Positions 13,246-25,133 of a DNA stretch of 64,000 nt are shown piece after piece. Positions within the stretch are counted from its first letter, which is position 1; the number at the start of each line of letters is the position of its first letter. The position numbers were made by a program, and so were the translations under genes. The notes below the pieces were generated by a model that was not told where the DNA came from, searched no databases, and saw only the letters and a program-made list of their open reading frames with translations. The DNA comes from Trichoplax adhaerens (lineage: Eukaryota > Animalia > Placozoa), in assembly GCF_000150275.1 (NCBI RefSeq), contig NW_002060943.1, positions 11,346,878-11,410,877 on the forward strand, written 5' to 3'.

Positions 13246-15098
13246 TGATGGATGAAGAACTGATTTTTTTGATGCGCAGCATTATGAAAAATGGCCAAAG
13301 AAAGTTTCTTTTAGTGGTCGATACTAAATAGGAGCTCTCTTACTTCTTTAAGGTTAATGAAATGAATAAATGCCTCTAAATTCTAACTGCAATTACTAGT
13401 TCTAACTGTTGAACTTAAACAAATGTACTGAGTGAGTGAGTGAGTCTATGCTGGAGACGGAGTAAGAAATTGCAATTTCACACAAGTGACAGTGTATGTG
13501 AGAAAAATTGCAAACTCAAGACTGTTGAATATAGAAAAAAATGAGTTGAAAATTTTTCTTACTACAGTGCACTCCACTTTCTACTCAACTTAATTCTCAT
13601 CGGGATAATAATGAATTAATTAGTGAATAACTGTCTACAACAACAGACCTTCATACATAGGAAGGTCCATATTGATTAGTATTTTTCAGGCGTTTATCCA
13701 TAGTTTTTACTATTCACACACATCCAATGAAAAGGATCATATTGTATGCTGTAAGCAGTAAGCAATCATACTGCAGAATCGTGGCGTCCGCAGTCCGCCT
13801 GTAGCCTGTAGCTACTGGAAATCGGAATATTACCTCAACAGTATTTTCCAAGATTAAACTGGAAACTATAATAAAATAGCGTTATTGAAATTGATATTAG
13901 TGATTCATGTGTTCTAGTTATGATAAAACTGTGATATATCCATATACGACGTATATTGATATAGATAATTCACTGAGGTACGAAATCGATAGTGAAGTTT
14001 ACTACAACAATATTATTGATAAGGCCTAGCTGGTATTCAGCACTATCCTGAACTGAGTGAAAATGAAAGAAATTAGTGTTAGAACGGAGAACAACAAGGT
14101 TAAGTTCTCCATACAATTTTAACGATATCAAGCATCTATCAATGTTCAAATAAGTTTTTATCATTGGCAAACTTAACTATCGATTTTGTACCTCAGTGAT
14201 ATACTGTATATAGATAATACGCGTACATAAGTAATTAAAACAGATGTGAGCAGGATAGTACCTTGATGCTGAACAAATTCAAGAAGTTGTGCCCTACACG
14301 TGACAGAAACGATTCAGAAATCACTGGAAATATTTTTCTTGTTACTCAATGTGACCTACAATATTTTTTGATAGAGTAAATACTAGTGTACAGCAGTGCT
14401 TTGCAACTTCCTTCATATCCAATCCGAAATCTAAAGTCATTACAGCTCACCCAATCTGACTCAAATCCTAGATACGGGCTTATAGTATTTTCACTATGAA
14501 GACATTTTAGAAATACTACTAGCCGAATCCGCACACCTCGCTGTGCATTAAATGTATAGGCACCATAAATGAGTAAATGTTATGCAGACTTAAGGTAACG
14601 TGCAGTATACATAGTACGTAACTAGATAGGGAAATATGGATGAAGGTTTTATCATAAAAAATAATCATTCATCAATACCATAATCCGTGTATACATCTTT
14701 TATACTATATAAAGTAATAAAAGCAAATCGATCGTTCGTCATTAGCCAAGTAAAATGGTGATGCAGGCATCGCCATAGAAACTAGCTTTATGAAAACTGT
14801 ACGTCAATAGACAAGTTATGTTGAATGCTGACTTTGTGATAGAAAACACGTCAAATAATACTTGCTAATCAAGTGAATTGATTATAGCAATAAAGTCGTG
14901 ATGGTTACTGATAATACCAACATTTTGTTGTAGATAGAGAATATCACCAAAATTGAAATTACGTTTTAATTCATAAATGAGTGAATAGATAAATAGTTTA
15001 GCATCAGGAAGAAAATGCAATTAATTTGTTGTTGATGGGGTATAAATCCGATAGCAATAGATGTAGAATAGGTAAGCCCCATCGTTTTATTTATAATT

Positions 15099-18000
15099 CT
15101 AGCGTAATTTCAAAGCCTTCAGCTGTGTTAAAGTGCTACGAGTATCTTTAGCCGAATTGATCAAGTCTGCTAGTGCTGCTTTTTCCTTCTCCTGCAGTTC
15201 TTGAGGAGCGTAATTCTGATATTTTAAATCAGAAATTTTTCGCTGCAATTTCTCAATCTTTTTCTCGACAGGTTTTAGCTGTTCGTTAAGCCGATGGATT
15301 AATCTGTTAAAGTCCACAATCGACTTGATATCTTTAAAAAAAGTTATTTATTGCAATACAATTAAATAGATAATATTAGAGAATGGCAAAACTGAAATCT
15401 AAGATCATCAATAATAACAATGATATCATTGTCATCAAATGTTAATTTTAATCTTTCTCTTACCAGCATACATACTGCAACTTTCGTCAATGCTATGACA
15501 TATGTACGTTTCCTTATCGCGTAGGTCATCTAGGGATAAATAATTTATGAGTAGCGAACTAAGCTATCGCAATAATAATTTAAAATTATACTGAGGGAAT
15601 AAAGCGATAACAAAAAATTGGCTTTATATTTTTTGCACTGTATTACTGAATTTACCGCGGTATTCATCCAAAAATCAACCATTCAACAACTATACATATT
15701 TGTAAAGATGACACTATATGGCACAGTAGCTATTCTAATCTAGCATGATATAATGAATCATAAAAAATTATTACTGTCTCAGTACCTATAGAGTTACTAT
15801 CAGTAAAGTCATGACAATATCTTATTTACAATTGGTACAAGGTTAATACTGACTCTATTGCAAAGGTTTAAATAGATATGTTACATTGCATCAAGACCAC
15901 TACGTTAATCTTCAATACATGCATATATACAAAATGGAAGCAGATTGAAAATTTATTGCAGCTTGTAAATTATAGTGTTCGATTATTGTATTAAGATGAC
16001 TTATGAAGTATTCAATGCTAGTATTATAGAGTAAAACATACAGCGTACTTTATTAATACTTTACCTATAAATTCAATACTCGATATTTTCAATAATTTCG
16101 TTATAGTGTCAATATGTTCTTGTAGTATCGATTGAACAGAGCTGTCAGTAAAGTCACTATGAAATAATATTACCAACCATACGTAATTAGATAGATGGCC
16201 ATTTCTAGCAAGTAATTCTATAATTCTACATACGTATGTAACTGTAGAGAGAGAAATACGGTACCACAACTAGTGTTATTACATAAAACTTTAATAAATA
16301 CTACTATTATTTTAATGTTGCACGACAAAATCGGGAAGGCTGTAAAGGTAAAGCAATTCATTGAATCTACCGTATCTATAAACGGAATTGCGGTACATTG
16401 ATACCTTAAAATAATTCTGAATGGAATTGACCACGGCAGCTCGTATTCGTTTCTAATATAACGTCCAGTTCTAATTAGAAATAAAACAGTACACAGATAG
16501 GAATTAATTTAATTATATCACACTAATCCGATGATAGAATGATTGCTGGAAGCCTAAAATTATCATTACAATGCCTACTTGAGAACATTTAATGCTAAGT
16601 ATACATTCTTTTCTGCGATGTCATTTCTAGTAAAGTTAAAATTTTTCACATCCGGAAAGGGAGCCAAGGTAATAGATTCCTGATGCATCAAACAGTTAAT
16701 TATTCGTCAATTACCGTGTCAGTATTGCATAAATAAGGCAATACAGCACTGTATATAGGTAAATCTTCCCTTGGATGCATAGATTTACCGCAGTATTAGT
16801 TTCGCTATAATCTATCATACTGAAAATACTAATTACAAACCGAGATATTACAAGCGTTAGGTAAGAAATGCCATAGTTCTTCCGTAATGTGAGGTATTGC
16901 TGGATGCGCTAAACGTAGGATATTGCTTAAGATGTGGTATAGAACGCATTTACTCCAGTAGCTACGTAGAGGAAAGTTAAACAATGGTGCAATATATAAA
17001 TTAAAAAGTTAAATTTAAAACAAATATTTAATAGTGAAATCGTTACCTGGATTCAGAACTTGAATCCCTAATAATCGAATACTTCATAAATTCAATATAT
17101 ACATCACAAAGCTCATTTCTGACTAAGCGAATTAGACTTTCAGCATACAAGTCCTAAAATAATAGTGCTAGCATCAAGCAATGATATTATACAAGAATCA
17201 ATAACAGAAAAGCGCCAATTACTGATCAAGGTATGATCGCACCATTTTAAAATTCTGTAAGCCATGTGTGCAGGCTTCCGTTGCTACTGTTAGCCGGCTA
17301 AGCATCCATAGATCGAGTTGGCTAAGATATTTCGAATTAGATTTTAGTTCCTGCAACAGAATCATTTCGTTTGACGGGCTGGCTTGATGTAGAAAATACA
17401 AAGCTTTGAGCTATATGAATTCTAAATTATGATAGAAACCTGAGGACGGAAATCATCTCCCCATAAACGACTAGCAAATTTGGCTGCATTCCATAACTTA
17501 TTACAAAAATTTCTGTTCGAAATGAGTTGACTATTGGATAATTTTTAATCAGTTGTGGTCAGTTTCTAAGTTTCATCTAAGAAAATACGACGATATATTA
17601 TAAATAAATAATTGTCTTACTTTATGTTTAGATTAATTCCTGACCCTTGTTTCTAGAAAAAATTTACAAATCAGTAAAATAAAGTCATCGTGTATTAATA
17701 TAACAAATTATGCCGGATAACCTACCATATACAGTAGCAGAGTCAAACGTAAGGCATCAGCTCCACATGGAGCAATACCTTGGGGAAATGCTTGGCTTAG
17801 CTGTTGTTTAGATGTTCGAATTTCACTTGGAGGCAGGCTACTTTTGTCCAGGGCTGACTGTAAGGTATTAAGGCTGACTCCATTCTGAGTGGTACATAGT
17901 AAGACGAATTTTTATACATAAGATTTAAATTAAATTTTTTTGATATAGTTATAGTCTTACGATAACATGCAATGGATCGATTGCATTTCCAAGGCTTTTA

Positions 18001-21000
18001 GACATTTTACGGCCCTAACAGATACAGTAGCGATAAGTATGCTATGTAGATTTAAGTTTTAAACTAATAATGTTAGCATTGATAGAAATGTTACCAAATA
18101 GAGTTCTAAATTTATAAAGCTACGCACTCTAGAATCGCGCACGATAGGGTGTAAATAAACAGTAGGAAATGGGGAATCATTTCCATCAGTAAGTTCACTG
18201 CACAACATAACCATTCGAGCCACCCAGAAATATAAGATATCGGCTCCCGTTTCCATAACTGTATAAAAATATTATTTAAGATCTGATACATCCGTGGCAA
18301 GTAATAATTTTGAGTAATTATGATTATTACTAAGGCTTAGTAAAAGCAATTAACTTTATCGCAGGAATCAAATATTAAAATCTGCGCTTGTAAATACTGC
18401 ACTTTCAGTATGGTATGTTGTAACAGATTAATAAAATAATTTACCGGAAAGAGGGTATTTGTTCATTCGCTTATTATTTGGCCAACCATCAGCCGATAGC
18501 GGAAGTAAAGCAGATGAAAACCAGGTATCTAAAACGTCTATGTCTTTCTCTAGCGTAAACTACAAAAAATACACGTAGCATTCCAATGAGAAGACTTATA
18601 AGATTAAATACAACCCTTCTTTGTATGCTATCAGGAACCTTAGAATTGTATCCCTTTTCCTGTAAAAACTCTTTAGCTTTGGTGTAAGCTTCACGTTCAC
18701 TTCGCGCAATAAACCAAGATTGCTGATCTGAAATTTCAAGATCTGGAACTGTTAGCCTCCAAGCTGGAATTTCGTGTCCCCAACACAATTGACGAGAAAT
18801 GCACCAATCTCGCGAGTCCTCTAACCATCTTTGCAGTCGGAAATTCAGGCAATAGTAAGTGGATATAAAACAAAGTAAGATATGTAAAAAAGTATTATTC
18901 TGCATACTTCGTAATGAACATTTAAAGATCTATTTCTAAATCTGTGTGATTAATTATATCGCACAAATTTGTTATTATTGTTCGTGTAAATAAAATACAA
19001 GGGGTAAGTTTATTAGGCTTAGTCTCTAATGTGCATTTTGTATCAGTTACATGTAAATGGGATTGTTTTAACCGAAAACGGTATGAAATGGTTAACCTGT
19101 TCCATTCGTTAACGTAATTTCTCGGTACAATATTTAAGAGGCCGTCCCTGACAAAGTTCAGTGCCCGAGTTGACATGGTATCACATTTAATGTACCACTG
19201 AGGTTTCAACATAGGTTCAATTATATCGCCAGATCTTGAGCATCTTTATAGTATATATAAGTGGTTCAAATGGATTAATTTGTTTAAAAATGCTTAGCAT
19301 GATTATTAGCTTATTTTAAAATTTTTAGGAATTGAACTATATTAATCCAAGTACTGTTCATATTTACCTGAAGACAGTTGAAGGGTAAGATATACATTCA
19401 GCATATAAACCTTTTTCTTTTAACTCAGAAATAATTTTATTTCGTACTTTAAAACGGTGTTGGGCAATAAAATTTTCGCAACCACATTTATCATTCTACA
19501 CCAGAAAATGCGAAGACATTCGATTATCTATTAGGTATTCCTGTATAAACAAAATGAAATATCCACCTATATGACACCATGAAACATCTGAAGCCTACCA
19601 TAGTTCCGTCTTCATTCAAAATTTCAATAATTGGAAGATTATGTCGTTGACTACAGGCGTAGTCGATTGGATCATGAGCTGGTGTTATTTTTACCGCACC
19701 CGTACCTTTCAAGTCAGGTCATAATATAGATTTATATATAAGAAATAAATTATTTCACACATATATCTATCAGGCAGTAACAACCTTTGTTAATGTCGAC
19801 AAGCTCGCGGTCGCATATGATAGGTAATCTTCTATGGTTGAACGGGTTTATTACAAACTTGCCGTGCAGGTTTCTAACAACAAATGTTATATTCTGCTTA
19901 TTATCTGGTTTGTTAACTCAATCATGGAAATGTTAGCAATATCCTAGTATAGATTACGCAAGATACAACAGCATTTACTTATATCGATCATCGTCTGGGT
20001 GCACAGCTACAGCTACATCTCCAAGCATTGTTTCAATACGAGTAGTAGCAACTGGAATACTACATTGACCATCTGCAACTGGATAATGAAAGGTATGCAT
20101 TTCACCGACGGTGACACTTTCTCCCAGTCCTGGAACTGCAATTTTGGTCGAACGTTCAACAATATCGTGGTCAACCTGTAATAGAATGATGAATATATAA
20201 CGACGTAAAATCAATTATTACTGTATTATATGAGTGCTTATAAGAATTAAACCTCAATATCGGATAACGCAGTCTTTAAGTGGCAACTCCAATTAACAAA
20301 ACGTAAATCCCGGTATATTAATTCTTTCTATAATTGAGAACAAGTATTGGCATAAATAGGACAGATATAGTGAGTTACAGTAAACTTTAACTCAGCACCA
20401 GTTTTAAATTATAAATATTATAACAGCTTTTAAGGCAAGTTTACTTCATAAAGTTGAACAAAAGCTTCAGTGACTGCTTCAGAATGATTATTATCCAGTG
20501 TAAAAATGAGTTGACTCCTAATTTCGTATAATTTTCAATTTGAATAACAGGTTATACTGTAGATTAAATTTTCACAAACAATTTCAGTATTTTCGTAACT
20601 AACCAATCTAGGGAGCCACCTAGGTGAGAAAGTTGCTCTAGAATAATATTTCTATGCTTATCTTTCCATTTTGTGATGGCTTCAACAGTATCTTGTCTTG
20701 TCTAAAAATGCATAAGAATTGATTAGAACTATGCTTTATGATTGAATAAATTAGTAGTTGTTATTATAGCAAAGAAATAAGAGTATCGTATTATTTCTCG
20801 TATGTATCTGCAATTCATTTTCGTGATGAGATCGTACAAACCATTTGGTGAAGATTTTTGCCCTGAAAGAGTAAAATAAAATGAGTACGAAATCAAATAA
20901 CTATGTCAATGCTATCCGATATACGTAGATAACATAATCAGACAAGTTAGCATTGTTTTAGCATAGACGGAGTATCTTGTAAGTTCTATATTTACTACAC

Positions 21001-22399
21001 ACATACAACACGCGGTTGTAAATTGTGAATAGAATATACGTACGCATTTACTACAGTATAATAATGTAGAAGTGGTATCAAACTATTAGTTAAAGCAAAC
21101 TTTGTTACAAAGTATTTATGTCAAAGCTAATAAGAAATGCCATATACTTGTGCGCAATCATATTTTAATACAAAGTTCCTAATAACAGAATCAGTGATAT
21201 AATTTATACCTCTTTCATGAGATCTCTTTCAACTACACTTTGGGTAGCGATACCGGCATGATCGACGCCAGGAATCCATTGCGTTCGCTCGCCCTTCATT
21301 CTATGCCATCTGACGAGTGAATCCTGTATTGCTACTGTTAATGCATGGCCTACGTGTAATTTGCCGGTCACGTTGGGTGGAGGAAGCAACATGGTGAAAG
21401 ATTCCTTACTTTCAGTTTCTATATAAATGTTTAATTGAAAACATGGCGTAGGATAATTTAATACTAGCTATTTGAGAATTGTAATCAAGGCTAAGAGCCT
21501 ACAATCTAAAGCTACTCTTAGTTATCATATACTGGAATATTCATTGCAGTTATAATTTCCAATTAGTCAAGAATAATAATAATAATGTAAAGATGAATCA
21601 TTTCTAGAAGAAATAACTAAATTATTAATTGATAATGTAATGTATCAGTAGGGCAGTCAGTAGGCCAGATTCAAAGCTTAGTAAACAAACATACGGGTAC
21701 TTGCATGTACATGATGTCGATATGAAAGCAGCAAGGTGATACAAGTATGCATATGCGTATACCACTGCAGGCATTATTACATTTGGTTTAGCGGCATATT
21801 TTTTAAGTTTTGATTGTACTAACGTCGATATCAAGCTAGTACGAATACAAGTATACCCATGCAAGCTTTATTGCGGAAGAGAAACTTTTTAGTACACACT
21901 ATGGCATCTAATGTTGATGTGATGGAAGTGTGCAAATGCATCATCGTCACGGCGGTCATAACTGCATGTTTAATTAATGAATATTGTGTATATGCATGCC
22001 TGAATGCTTGCATTTTAGGGATATACGAAAGCAGTATAAATACTCATAACCCACTACAGGTATTGCATATGAGCAATTCCTAGATTGCCTGCTATGGATA
22101 TGATAACATCAATATTATGCAGATTGATCCTATAGTAATTATTTATTATTGGATTTTTAATATAATATTTCAGGACACTGACGTATTCCTAGAGGTAGAG
22201 TAAGTGCTGTACCATCAGCTCGCCGTTGCATATTACCTTTATCTTGAAATAAATTTTTCTTGATCCACCATTGGTACCAAAATTTATCCCTGCTAGTACT
22301 ATCATATTTATCAGGTAAAGAACAGAGTAGTCTAGGATAAATTGTTCTCGATATTGACGACAAGGTAAATCTTTTGGCATAAGACAGCATCATCTTCAT
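15099..22399 (-). CDS. VARS2: Valyl-tRNA synthetase, probably mitochondrial, multi-exon
   Basis: Class I motifs [13 protein letters not shown] and GRKMSKS (~18000), plus [38 protein letters not shown] and [14 protein letters not shown]. The Arg/Ser-rich N-terminus lacking acidic residues resembles a mitochondrial presequence. C-terminal coiled coil. Confidence 0.93.
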
Positions 22400-22685
22400 C
22401 TTGTTGTTAGCCAGTCATTCATTCTTGAAATTGGAATTTTTCTTGAGCTCGCGAGGATACAACCAGTATCAACATCGAACAAAATCCTACATATCAGTGG
22501 AAATACAGTAGACTAATTTTAGACCTATTAGCAAGATCTCATCAGGAAAGCAACTCGAAAACTAATTCTAATTCATTATATATAATTAAAATTAAATGAA
22601 TGATGTTGGCTGAAAGCGTAAATTTCACAACACGGTTGAATGCATAAGCCTGATGCAGGCCTAATACCTCTATCTTTTCCTTCAA

Positions 22686-23060
22686 ATGGCTACCCTTTGT
22701 GGCATATAGCCATGTAGTAGCTCTGTCTGCAAGGTTTTAAGCAAGAAAACCGCTACGAGAATAAAAGCTGGATGATTAGTGTTAGTTTAAAGCTGTTGAC
22801 GGAACATGAATTGAAGTTTACCGAGAAGTCTCTGCTTTAAGGTTTAGTAGAAGTCCTCTAGCTTCTGCAGGCTGTTTTCGATCGCATGCTCCCATCCTGT
22901 ACCAGTACGCTTATACCGCTCATTCATCCTACCCGTAGTAGCTAGTGAATGTATATTACCCTTCTCTAGCGTTTCAGCACTACTATCCCGTATGTATACA
23001 TTAGTACCTGCTACCGCGCAGGTACATTTCAATCTGGATAGTCTTGCAGATTGTTGTCCA
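22686..23060. ncRNA. Candidate structured non-coding RNA, family not recognised
   Basis: At least six nested or adjacent stems, e.g. ATGGCTA/TAGCCAT, CATTCA/TGAATG, and ACTATCC/GGATAGT enclosing GTACCTGC/GCAGGTAC. GC content is above the flanks. Confidence 0.3.
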
Positions 23061-23254
23061 TTTATCCACTTTATTATCATTTTAGCTACAGGATAGCAGG
23101 GGAAAATCGATATAAATATCAATATGATGGCGATAGCCAGCCGTATTTAGCATAAGAGTTCCCTTAGATCAACTTATACCTTTTGTTATTATAGTAGATC
23201 ATATTTAATGACAGTAATTTTGATACATCAGTGCATTACAATTAATTATTATCC

Positions 23255-24637
23255 ATGAGCAACGACGATACGAGGTAAGTAAAGAAACATTTCCAACAAG
23301 GATGTATTTCGCTCAGATGACATATATATATATATAGATATCAATTATAAGGGCGAAATAGAATTATTGGTGTTGCCATGATAGTAATTTATTTTATCAG
23401 CCTGTTTTTTTTTTCTATTTAACGTTGCTACAGTGAAAGGAAAGAGCTCCAATCGCAGTTTAATCGGTTTACACAACAATACAATTTCTTACATCGAGCA
23501 ATTGTTGAAAAAGAACGAAACATCGCTCAACTTCTACAGGAGATTGATTTAGTCAACGAGGTAATAATATTACACACTTAATGTTTAAGCAATGCTATTA
23601 GTGATAAGGCATCTTAACTGAAGGATGGCTATCAGTTAACTCTTGTTTTAATTATTACCTAAAATTATCATGGAGAAGCCAATTGACATAGTGCATGATT
23701 TTATTATCATGCAATGGATCGAAAATCTTCAAGCCCATCAGGGCTATGAAGTTATATTATTATTATTATTTATATACTCTTGGTTATCATAGTAATTGAA
23801 TACATATGAAGTTATTAGAAAATGATATAGATATTATATCGATAAAGAGTGCAGTAAGCTGTACAGTAAATAGTGATAAAACAATTCTATATTAACTTTA
23901 GTTAACGGACTAAAAATGAAACGCCTTCTTGGATAGGATAATCAGAATCTAGTAATTGAACACGTATGAAGTCATTAGAAAATGATATAGATATTGTATC
24001 GATAAAGAATGCAGTAAGATGTACAGTAAATAGTGATAAAATAATTCTATATTAACTTTAGTTAACGGACTAAAAATGAAATGCCTTCTTGGATAGGATA
24101 ATCAGAATCTAACGGCTAAGAAGCAATGGCTGAGTCAAGGCAGGGATTTAGAAAGAGAAGCGAGAAACATTGCGGCAGAAATAGATGGCGATTATTTAAA
24201 GTCTAAAGGTATCATATAGCATTTTAGCCTCGCTTTTACTTCTGTATTGACATGTACGAATTTAGTAAGTACAATATTTAGAAAGTTATAACGTAGATTG
24301 TCGAAATTGCAATTAAAAAGCGAATCAGATGACTATACAGTTTCCATTTCATAGTTTATTGATTCAGTAATATCTTACTCATCTATAATTCTACAGTTTT
24401 TATTGCTGGGATCCATCAACTGACCTAGTAATCGCATATTAGTGTAACTGGCTAATTAAATTATTAACGGGGTATATTCGTTATGCTTTCTCGGGCCACA
24501 TTAATAATGTAAGTAAATTATTTCATTTTCTTATAGACGTTATGGAAGAATTAAATCGTACCAAAACAGTTTTAACGCTGGAATCGAATATACTGATGGA
24601 TAAATTACGACTGCAATTGAAATCACAAAATACCTAA
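23255..24637 (+). CDS. Orphan 119-aa coiled-coil protein, 4 exons (23255-23274, 23434-23560, 24097-24208, 24537-24637)
   Basis: All GT-AG junctions are phase-compatible, giving 360 nt with no internal stop: MSNDDTSERKELQSQFNRFTQQYNFLHRAIVEKERNIAQLLQEIDLVNEDNQNLTAKKQWLSQGRDLEREARNIAAEIDGDYLKSKDVMEELNRTKTVLTLESNILMDKLRLQLKSQNT*. Confidence 0.8.
23790..24109. repeat. 160-bp tandem duplication, near-identical copies, spanning a splice acceptor
   Basis: Copies 23790-23949 and 23950-24109 differ by only a few substitutions. Confidence 0.95.
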
Positions 24638-25133
24638 GAAAAATACTACTGTGAATTATGCATTGTATTATAACCTTGCTACGTATGTCATTGCTACAAC
24701 CTATAATTCATGCAAAATGGTACGTAGTCTTGTAATTTATTGAACAATAAAGAATATTCTCTTAATAACTTGTATCAAAATGAATGGGTCATTGCCCCTT
24801 CCACGAATTGAATAGTAATCCTCCGCTTATATCAGGGACTTCTTCTTGAAGTCCTTGCTCATACATATAGTGATAAACTATTAATTATTAATTGTTAGAA
24901 CATGTTGGTATTTTTTTATCACATGCTAACTAAGACCAAAACTTTAGGCACAATCTTTAAATCATTTGCAAATTGATTCGGTATTTATTTAGCTCAAAAT
25001 AAATGTATACAACAACGCTATTTTGCATAATACAATGCAATACAAGGATCGAATACAGTCCATTAACCTCATTCGTTTGAGTAAGTCTGCGCTATAATTC
25101 GTTGATAGAAACGATCCTTGATAAATTGTTGAG

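Noticed and set aside
22602-22622. GATGTTGGCT and GAAAGCGTAA resemble two parts of the bacterial 23S GTPase centre; the same stretch also has C/D-box-like words
   Set aside because: Only two 10-mers with the intervening helix missing and no flanking rRNA similarity. The C box is imperfect and no target is evident.
22844-23122. 92-aa minus-strand ORF upstream of ValRS
   Set aside because: Non-ATG start, no recognisable domain and no compatible splice partners.
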